From contig NZ_CP158866.1 of assembly GCF_050990905.1 (NCBI RefSeq), forward strand, positions 2,554,651 through 2,578,650: a DNA stretch of 24,000 nucleotides, in the 5' to 3' direction. Of the stretch, positions 18,620 through 24,000 are shown one piece after another (within the stretch, counting starts at the first letter, position 1; every line of letters starts with the position of its first letter). The position numbers and the translations under genes are program-made. Source of the DNA: Falsibacillus pallidus. Lineage in GTDB: Bacteria; Bacillota; Bacilli; Bacillales; DSM-25281. The notes under the pieces are model-generated. The model did not search any database. It had not been told where the DNA came from and saw nothing but the letters and a program-made list of their open reading frames with translations.

Positions 18620-19126
18620 TTATTCAGGCTTTACCAAGAATAATGGCTGTCCGTATTCTACTAGTTGTCCATCTTTAACTAAGATTTCAACAATTTCCCC
18701 GGTTACTTCTGCTTCGATTTCATTGAAAAGCTTCATTGCTTCAACGATGCAGACCACGGAGTCAGAAGTTACTTTGGAACCTGGCTTTACATAAACATCT
18801 GCATCCGGGGATGGAGATGCATAGAAGGTCCCTACCATCGGGGAAGTGATTTTATGTAAGTTTTCATCTTCTTTTGGCTTCTCTGCTGCTGCAGGCTGCA
18901 CTGCTTCCGCTGCTGGAGCCTGAACTTGTACTGGAGCAGCTGCTGGAGCTGGTGCTGCTGGAGCCGGAGGCGGTGTTGGAACTGCTGCAGCCTGGACTGG
19001 TGCTGCTGCGCCTTCAACCGTTTTCTTCATTTCGATTTTTGCACCTTCATATTCATAAACAAATTCATTAATGCTGGATTGATCAACTAATTTAATAAGC
19101 TCACGGATTTCTTGAACTTTTAACAT
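18620..19126 (-). CDS. accB: acetyl-CoA carboxylase biotin carboxyl carrier protein
   Basis: C-terminal biotinyl domain with the [12 protein letters not shown] attachment motif and an Ala/Pro-rich linker. ATG 19124-19126 lies 9 nt after AGGAG, whereas the ORF-track ATG at 19135 abuts the SD. Confidence 0.93.
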   Translation of the reverse strand: MLKVQEIRELIKLVDQSSINEFVYEYEGAKIEMKKTVEGAAAPVQAAAVPTPPPAPAAPAPAAAPVQVQAPAAEAVQPAAAEKPKEDENLHKITSPMVGTFYASPSPDADVYVKPGSKVTSDSVVCIVEAMKLFNEIEAEVTGEIVEILVKDGQLVEYGQPLFLVKPE

Positions 19127-19166
19127 GACATACATCTCCTAACATAAATTATGACTAGCTACTAAT

Positions 19167-19196
19167 ATCATACGATAATTTCTATCGTAAATTCAA
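19167..19196 (-). promoter_or_regulatory. putative sigma-A promoter of accB-accC
   Basis: Minus strand: TTGAAT (19191-19196), 18-nt spacer, TATGAT (19167-19172). Confidence 0.45.
19171..19189. promoter_or_regulatory. perfect palindrome TACGATA-N5-TATCGTA (candidate operator)
   Basis: 7-bp perfect inverted repeat that fills the spacer of the putative accB promoter, in the divergent region shared with the chemoreceptor gene. Confidence 0.35.
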
Positions 19197-19328
19197 TAAA
19201 AGATTGGTAAGACCACTCAATGGGTGAAAATCCATCCCATTTGAATTTTACCGAAAAAGAAGGATATTTGTCTAATGAAAGCGAATTCATTTCAAAAATA
19301 GGAGAAAAGTTTTAGGGAGAGAATAATA

Positions 19329-20804
19329 GTGAAATCGTTGGAATCATTAAAACATGAAGATTTAATCCGCAAGAACTCATTAGTAGTCAAAGCTGCATTC
19401 GTTTCCGTCCTGCTGGCAGCCGCTGTAGATATATCCATGAAAAAAGACCTGGCTGTGATATTGTCCATCGTACTTGCAGGTGGAGTTGGCGTGGCCATCA
19501 TTGCAGTGCTGCATTTTTGGGGGAAATGGACAAAGGGAATCCCTTACATTGCAACAATTATCGTTGCCTCTGTGATGTTTGTAATCATGCAGAACAGCAT
19601 TTCACCCACAGCTTATTTTCTCGTCTATTTTGTTTTAGCGACTTCCGCCATCTATATGAAAAGAAATATATTGCTCTTGAGCATCTTTTTCGGTTTTGGG
19701 ATTAATGTCATTTTTACTATTTTGCACCATTCGGAACTTCCATATGAATCTAAAAATTATGTCACTATTTTTCTTTTATTTGGACTTGTTTCAATTATGC
19801 TTCTGTTCCAGTTAAGCATATCCAATAAAATGGAAGCAAACCTGTTGGAACTCCAAAATCAAACGCAGGAACTTTTAGAAAAAGAAGAGAAAAATCAAAA
19901 GTCTATCTTTGAAAATACCTCTGTTCTCTTAAGGATGCTTAAGCAAGTGAAGGAAGAAAGCGATTCAGCCGTTTCTTCCGCTCAGGCGATGAATCAGGAT
20001 ATATTAGGGATTGCCACAGGTGTACAAGCTCAAAACAATAATATACATGAAATTTCTAAAGAACTTTCTATGTCCAATCGCCGCGTCCAAAAGATGGTCG
20101 AACAAGCGGTGGAATTGAATGATAAATCAAATGAGGCCGGTACTGTCAGTTTAAAAGGCTCAAAATACATGGACAATCTTCAGATAGAGCTGATGAATTT
20201 TTCTGAAGTCGTCGCTCAGCTGAGTCAAAAAATCAATGGTCTTACAAAACTGAATGAAGAAGCAAGCATCCATTCATTGACGATACAGGATATTGCAAAA
20301 CAGACAAATTTGCTTGCCTTGAATGCGTCAATTGAAGCAGCAAGGGCTGGAGAAAGCGGAAAAGGTTTTGCAGTAGTTGCGGAAGAGGTCCGTAAATTAG
20401 CGGATATCACCAATATCACAGCCAATCACATCTCATCCAATTTATTGAAGGTGCGCGATGAAACAACGGAAGTCCTGAAGGATGTAGATACTGCAGTAGA
20501 CAGATTAGGCAACCAGAAGGAACTCGCGATGGAAACGCAATCGATGTTCTCCATCATTAAGGGGACATTCGAAGAATTGCAATTGGGATTCCAACATAAT
20601 AAAGGCTTCGCAATGGAAGTTGCCCAGTCTTCAGACAACATCGAAAGCAGGATCAATGAATTCAGCAGTCTGATGGATCAAGCAAGTGCAATCTTGCAGG
20701 AATTGACATCTGCAATGAACAATCAGACTTCCCAATTCATTGGGTTGAATCAGCTTGTTGCCGATTCAACGAAAGCTACAGATAATTTGATTGCGTTATA
20801 CTAA
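19329..20804 (+). CDS. methyl-accepting chemotaxis protein with a polytopic (about 6-TM) N-terminal module
   Basis: GTG start 7 nt after GGGAGAG. Six hydrophobic segments occur in residues about 20-165. A long coiled-coil follows, with the canonical MCP hairpin tip [35 protein letters not shown]. Confidence 0.88.
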   Translation: MKSLESLKHEDLIRKNSLVVKAAFVSVLLAAAVDISMKKDLAVILSIVLAGGVGVAIIAVLHFWGKWTKGIPYIATIIVASVMFVIMQNSISPTAYFLVYFVLATSAIYMKRNILLLSIFFGFGINVIFTILHHSELPYESKNYVTIFLLFGLVSIMLLFQLSISNKMEANLLELQNQTQELLEKEEKNQKSIFENTSVLLRMLKQVKEESDSAVSSAQAMNQDILGIATGVQAQNNNIHEISKELSMSNRRVQKMVEQAVELNDKSNEAGTVSLKGSKYMDNLQIELMNFSEVVAQLSQKINGLTKLNEEASIHSLTIQDIAKQTNLLALNASIEAARAGESGKGFAVVAEEVRKLADITNITANHISSNLLKVRDETTEVLKDVDTAVDRLGNQKELAMETQSMFSIIKGTFEELQLGFQHNKGFAMEVAQSSDNIESRINEFSSLMDQASAILQELTSAMNNQTSQFIGLNQLVADSTKATDNLIALY

Positions 20805-20810
20805 AACAAA

Positions 20811-20845
20811 AAAAGGAAGCGTCAATTATGGCGCTTCCTTTTTCC
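20811..20845. terminator. bidirectional intrinsic terminator
   Basis: GGAAGCG (20815-20821) pairs with CGCTTCC (20832-20838). It is flanked by an A-run (T7GT4 on the minus strand) and a T5 run on the plus strand. Confidence 0.7.
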
Positions 20846-20853
20846 TTGATCTA

Positions 20854-20892
20854 GGCGCTTCCGCTTTTCTACTGTCCAGCTCCACCGGCTAG
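20854..20892 (+). repeat. 39-nt direct repeat, copy 1
   Basis: GGCGCTTCCGCTTTTCTACTGTCCAGCTCCACCGGCTAG. It is 33/39 identical to copy 2. Confidence 0.85.
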
Positions 20893-21009
20893 AGGCTGGG
20901 AGGTTTCCTTCAGCACACTTACGATAAGTCAACATCGGATCGCTTCGCTCTCCGTGTTTCCTTTATCTCGTGGTGCTTCAGTCCAACCTCGGCGCCTCTA
21001 AGCAGCCGG
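20885..21009. other. long imperfect hairpin 1 (about 125 nt)
   Basis: Hand-paired helices: CCGGCT/AGCCGG, AGAGGC/GCCTCT, GAGGTT/AACCTC, GCAC/GTGC, GATAA/TTATC, and AACA-CGGA/TCCG-TGTT. The apex is GC-TTC-GC near 20942-20948. Confidence 0.6.
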
Positions 21010-21043
21010 CTCCGCTTTTCTATTGTCCAGCTCCAGCGCCTAG
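21005..21043 (+). repeat. 39-nt direct repeat, copy 2
   Basis: GCCGGCTCCGCTTTTCTATTGTCCAGCTCCAGCGCCTAG, starting 151 nt after copy 1. Confidence 0.85.
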
Positions 21044-21128
21044 CCCCTCGAGTCATAAGCCGCACCTCTACGGAAATCAGGATTTCCTTCGAGGTCCGTC
21101 TTATGCTGGTCGGGGCTTGCAAGGCGCT
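21035..21128. other. long imperfect hairpin 2 (about 94 nt)
   Basis: Hand-paired helices: AGCGCC/GGCGCT, GCCCC/GGGGC, CATAAG/CTTATG, ACCTC/GAGGT, and GGAAAT/ATTTCC with a CAGG loop (21078-21081). Confidence 0.65.
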
Positions 21129-21141
21129 TCCGCTTTTCTAT
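21123..21141 (+). repeat. direct repeat, truncated copy 3
   Basis: GGCGCTTCCGCTTTTCTAT is identical to the first 18 nt of copy 1. It starts 118 nt after copy 2 and ends at the spoIIIAH stop codon. Confidence 0.8.
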
Positions 21142-21678
21142 TTACTCCGGTTGGAACTCTACTGCTATTTTTTCCATGTCGCCGAGTTCATCCCCGACTT
21201 TTTGGATGATTTGGTTGGCTGCTTTTGCTGATTTTTCGTTTGCTTTTACTGTAATCAGCACTTTTTCTCCATCTGCTCGCACTAATGCATCTTTATAGCC
21301 CATGGATTGAATTACGCTTTCCAATACTTTTTCTTTTGTTTCAAGTTCAGTCAGCTGCTGCATTTGCTCGTAGGCTTTGCTCTTTTCTTCTGCGCTTAAA
21401 TCAGGTGATGCAACCATTTCAGTCAATTGTTGGCGAAGTTCACTGCGCTTATCTTGTTCTTCAAGTCTAAGTGTCTCGAATACTTCATCACCAGCCTGTT
21501 CTGTCACTACATCTACACCCTTTTGATCTGCATTTGCTTTTTCATCACCTTTTTTGCCTTGCTGAACAGCCGCCAAGTCTGACGTTTTCGGCGCTGGAGA
21601 AGTCACATAATAGACTGAAAGCACCACAACCAGACTTAACATCGTCAATAACCAAACCGTTTGTTTTTTAAGTAACAT
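21142..21678 (-). CDS. spoIIIAH: stage III sporulation protein AH (feeding-tube / SpoIIQ partner)
   Basis: MLLKKQTVWLLTMLSLVVVLSVYYV... N-terminal anchor and a C-terminal YscJ/FliF-like region (GYKDALVRADGEKVLITVKA) matching SpoIIIAH. It appears shorter than the B. subtilis protein because the acidic linker is shorter. Confidence 0.92.
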   Translation of the reverse strand: MLLKKQTVWLLTMLSLVVVLSVYYVTSPAPKTSDLAAVQQGKKGDEKANADQKGVDVVTEQAGDEVFETLRLEEQDKRSELRQQLTEMVASPDLSAEEKSKAYEQMQQLTELETKEKVLESVIQSMGYKDALVRADGEKVLITVKANEKSAKAANQIIQKVGDELGDMEKIAVEFQPE

Positions 21679-21693
21679 TTATAAATCCCCCTT

Positions 21694-22353
21694 TTATTTT
21701 TTCGGCATGACAGCAACTCTGTGGCTTGGTACATCCAAGACGCGGGTCACTGCTTCAATGATCCATTTTTTCACTTGAATATTTTCTGCCCCTTTCGCAA
21801 CTATGAGAACACCTTTGATTTCAGGCTTTCTCGTCTCTTTCACGATTGGGACTTCTTTTTCACCATTGCGGATGATGACCAGCTGCTCATCTTTTGTTTG
21901 ATTTTCTATTTTCCGCTGACCTCCGTCACGATCGGATTCACTTGTGATTTGGTTCTGGTCATTTGTGTTTTTCTCGAATACTTTTTGCTCTGAAGCTTCT
22001 ACATTTACGACAACTGTTACACTGCTGACACCTGCCATCTGGTCAAGGGCTTCCTTCAGCTGGTTCTCGTATTGTTTTTCGTAATCAGCCATACTCTTAT
22101 TAGGAGCATCCTTGACTGAACCGAATGTTTCTGCGGCTGCACTTCCACCATTCCCATTTGCCAATGTCTCCTGAGAGGATTCAGAAGCTCCTGACTTCCA
22201 CATGCTGCTTATCAGCATGAACGCGACGCCGCATAACAGAAGGATTACTAAGTATTGAATCTTTCCGTTTTTTTTGTTTGAAGGACCGGATTCTTCCTTT
22301 TTGCCTAACAACTGCGATTTTAGCCAGTCCAATGGTCCCTTTTCACGATTCAT
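21694..22353 (-). CDS. spoIIIAG: stage III sporulation protein AG
   Basis: One TM segment followed by a ring-forming domain (VSSVTVVVNV...KGVLIVAKGAENIQVKKWIIEAVTRVLDVPSHRVAVMP). ATG 22351-22353 (MNREKGPLDWLK) chosen by N-terminal homology. It overlaps the spoIIIAF 3' end by 11 nt. The track start at 22401 has no SD. Confidence 0.9.
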   Translation of the reverse strand: MNREKGPLDWLKSQLLGKKEESGPSNKKNGKIQYLVILLLCGVAFMLISSMWKSGASESSQETLANGNGGSAAAETFGSVKDAPNKSMADYEKQYENQLKEALDQMAGVSSVTVVVNVEASEQKVFEKNTNDQNQITSESDRDGGQRKIENQTKDEQLVIIRNGEKEVPIVKETRKPEIKGVLIVAKGAENIQVKKWIIEAVTRVLDVPSHRVAVMPKK

Positions 22354-22981
22354 GTTCTCCTGAAATCCCCCCTTCATAATGAATTTGGATTCTTTGTGCA
22401 TCTAAATTCCATCTGTTGGCCAAGAGGTCGATCACTTCGTTTTCATCCTTAAATGTTTTCCCAGGATTTTTGTCTGAGCTGGAATCTATAGTAATCGGCT
22501 TTACCGCTTCAATAGCATTTTGGTGATTATCATCTTGCGGTTCACCGAGGTAAACGACTACCTTTACCAGATTATCAGGAAAATTTTGTTCATTGTCTTT
22601 CTGCATCACCAGCTCGACGGATTGGATTCCTATACCAAATTGATCAATCAACTCCTCTTCAGCGTCCTTTTTTAATTGGACAGCCATTTGTTTTAAAATA
22701 TATGCACGTTGTGTAGCTTGTATTTCTTTTTTCTTATTTTCTATTAATTTTTCTACTTGTTGGCTTTCTGCCGGATCCTGGATCACGGCTCCATTAAAAA
22801 CTTGTTCAAAATTGGAAGACATCAATTTTAATAGAGGCGTTAGAATGATTGTGATAAGCAGCAGCCCCGTCACCATTTTCGTATATTTTTTAAAAGAGGA
22901 ATTGGGAAGCAGCATGTCCATGACAACCGTTAATAATATGAACATGATAATATTGGTTATCCACTGTACAAGAAAACTCAT
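22343..22981 (-). CDS. spoIIIAF: stage III sporulation protein AF
   Basis: MSFLVQWITNIIMFILLTVVMDMLLPNSSFKKYTKMV... matches the SpoIIIAF N-terminus. GGGGGGA SD upstream. Confidence 0.92.
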   Translation of the reverse strand: MSFLVQWITNIIMFILLTVVMDMLLPNSSFKKYTKMVTGLLLITIILTPLLKLMSSNFEQVFNGAVIQDPAESQQVEKLIENKKKEIQATQRAYILKQMAVQLKKDAEEELIDQFGIGIQSVELVMQKDNEQNFPDNLVKVVVYLGEPQDDNHQNAIEAVKPITIDSSSDKNPGKTFKDENEVIDLLANRWNLDAQRIQIHYEGGISGEHES

Positions 22982-22996
22982 ACACCATCCCCCCTT

Positions 22997-24000
22997 TCAT
23001 CGGATCATCAAGGTTATATTTCCTGCTGCAATCATCACGGTAATACTCAGGAAAAACATGAAGGAAACAATCGCTAAAGCAGCAAATACATATATCACAC
23101 TCTTGCTGATTGTATCCAGGCAGGCGATGACCGGCCCTCCGCCGATGGGCTGAAGCAACGCAGCTGCCAGTTTATAAATAAAGGCAATGACCAAAATCTT
23201 TATGGCCGGGAATGCCGCAATCAAAAGGAGGATGGCTACCCCTGCGATCCCTACTGTATTCTTCAGCAGCACCGAGGCAGAGATGACCGTGTCTGTTGCA
23301 TCCGTAAACATCCTCCCTATGACAGGGATGAAATTGCCTGTTACAAATTTGGCCGTTCGGATGGTAATCCCATCCGTCACTGCTGAAGCAGCACCTTGGA
23401 CAGAGATGACTCCTAAAAAAACCGTCATGAAGATCCCCAGGAGGCCGATGCTCCAATTTCGGAGGAGCTGAGCCAGCTGTGTGACTTTATGCTGATCGGA
23501 AAGGGTGCTGACAATGCTTAGTAAAGCAGATAAAAATAGAAGCGGAAGTACGACATACTCAATCAGCAATCCACTTGTGTTCATCAAGAGTATGATGACG
23601 GGGTGGAAAAAAGCTGCTGAAGCAACCCCCCCGGAAGTAGCAATCAATGCCAGGAGCAATGGGAAAAGGGCTATGATGAAATGGACCATGGTATTGATCG
23701 CATCTTGTGTATATTCAATCGCTACATGAAATGAGTTCAGGGCGATAATGATTAAAACCATAAAAACAATGGCGTAGGCAACTTTACTGACATTTCCCTG
23801 GTCAAAGGCATTTTGCAGAGATTGAAGGAACATGCTGAAGATGGTCAACATGATCAATGAACCTAAAAGCTTCCCATTCATGATCAGTTCTTGGAAAGCA
23901 AACTTTGAAACGCCGTAAAGCCATTGTTTCATCGAGAACTGCTTGTCCCCTTTGATGAAATCGACTAGACTTCCTTTTTGGCTTTCAGGGAGATATCCAC
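22997..24000 (-). CDS. spoIIIAE: stage III sporulation protein AE, 5'-truncated by the window end
   Basis: Polytopic membrane protein matching SpoIIIAE (ANGKLLG..., ITGNFIPVIGRMFTDATDTVISAS). The frame stays open upstream of the track's Met, through GYLPESQKGSLVDFIKGDKQFS, to position 24000. That stretch also matches SpoIIIAE, so the true start is outside the window. Confidence 0.92.
   Translation of the reverse strand, partial: GYLPESQKGSLVDFIKGDKQFSMKQWLYGVSKFAFQELIMNGKLLGSLIMLTIFSMFLQSLQNAFDQGNVSKVAYAIVFMVLIIIALNSFHVAIEYTQDAINTMVHFIIALFPLLLALIATSGGVASAAFFHPVIILLMNTSGLLIEYVVLPLLFLSALLSIVSTLSDQHKVTQLAQLLRNWSIGLLGIFMTVFLGVISVQGAASAVTDGITIRTAKFVTGNFIPVIGRMFTDATDTVISASVLLKNTVGIAGVAILLLIAAFPAIKILVIAFIYKLAAALLQPIGGGPVIACLDTISKSVIYVFAALAIVSFMFFLSITVMIAAGNITLMIR

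Noticed and set aside
18880-19010. Near-tandem GCTGCTGGAGC-type DNA repeats and the two ORFs on them (18832-19017 -, 18874-19071 +)
   Set aside because: This is the Ala/Pro-rich flexible linker of AccB ([14 protein letters not shown]...). The repetition is codon-level low complexity inside a well-supported CDS.
20854-21141. Possible CRISPR array (repeat-spacer-repeat pattern)
   Set aside because: There are only 2.5 repeats and they are degenerate (33/39). The apparent spacers are 112 and 79 nt, far longer than CRISPR spacers. They are themselves long hairpins that base-pair with the repeat ends. There are no cas genes in the window.
20919-21209. ORFs 20919-21122 (-) and 20970-21209 (+) as small protein genes
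   Set aside because: Both lie entirely in the GC-rich repeat/hairpin module and overlap each other on opposite strands. They lack Shine-Dalgarno sequences and encode Arg/Ser/Leu-rich low-complexity sequence typical of translated structured DNA. The plus-strand ORF also runs antisense into spoIIIAH.
22690-22740. Internal sigma-E promoter inside spoIIIAF driving spoIIIAG-AH (known as P2 in B. subtilis)
   Set aside because: Only a weak CATATATT -10-like element with a poor -35 was found. It is not convincing without alignment or transcript data.
1-24000. A novel defence, toxin or mobile system somewhere in the window
   Set aside because: Every substantial ORF has a confident housekeeping or sporulation assignment in conserved Bacillus order. 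There are no integrases, transposases, nucleases of unknown function, tRNA attachment sites or flanking direct repeats. The only unexplained sequence is the non-coding module at 20846-21141.

Overview
This window is a conserved chromosomal core of an endospore-forming Bacillaceae genome, and I do not see a novel multi-gene system in it. I infer the lineage from very close matches to the Bacillus Spo0A, AhrC, Dxs and SpoIIIA proteins as I recall them. No database search was possible.

Gene content: 22 of 24 genes lie on the minus strand. In minus-strand transcription order (high to low coordinates) they are spoIIIAE(partial)-AF-AG-AH, then a structured repeat region and one plus-strand chemoreceptor gene. 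These are followed by accB-accC-asp23(yqhY), nusB, xseA-xseB-ispA, dxs-yqxC and argR-recN. Next come spoIVB, spo0A, a GDPD phosphodiesterase, a small plus-strand YqzF-like membrane protein, and bkdR. Last is the sigma-54-dependent ptb-bcd-buk(partial) branched-chain keto-acid operon.

Gene starts: several ORF-track starts are over-extended. I re-placed them using Shine-Dalgarno spacing and N-terminal homology.

Negative result: there are no defence islands, mobile elements, CRISPR arrays or RNA genes, and every sizeable ORF has an ordinary housekeeping or sporulation assignment.

Most unusual sequence: a roughly 300-bp GC-rich, non-coding module at 20846-21141, between the chemoreceptor terminator and the spoIIIAH stop. 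It consists of degenerate 39-nt direct repeats alternating with two different long imperfect hairpins. The hairpin basal helices are formed by the repeat ends.

Other items worth a second look:
- a HAMP-less six-TM chemoreceptor inserted against the local strand polarity
- a perfect palindrome in the accB promoter spacer
- a textbook -24/-12 promoter whose candidate enhancer palindrome overlaps the bkdR stop codon
- the spo0A dual-promoter and 0A-box region
- a strong hairpin in the 159-bp bcd-buk spacer
- the absence of folD between nusB and xseA
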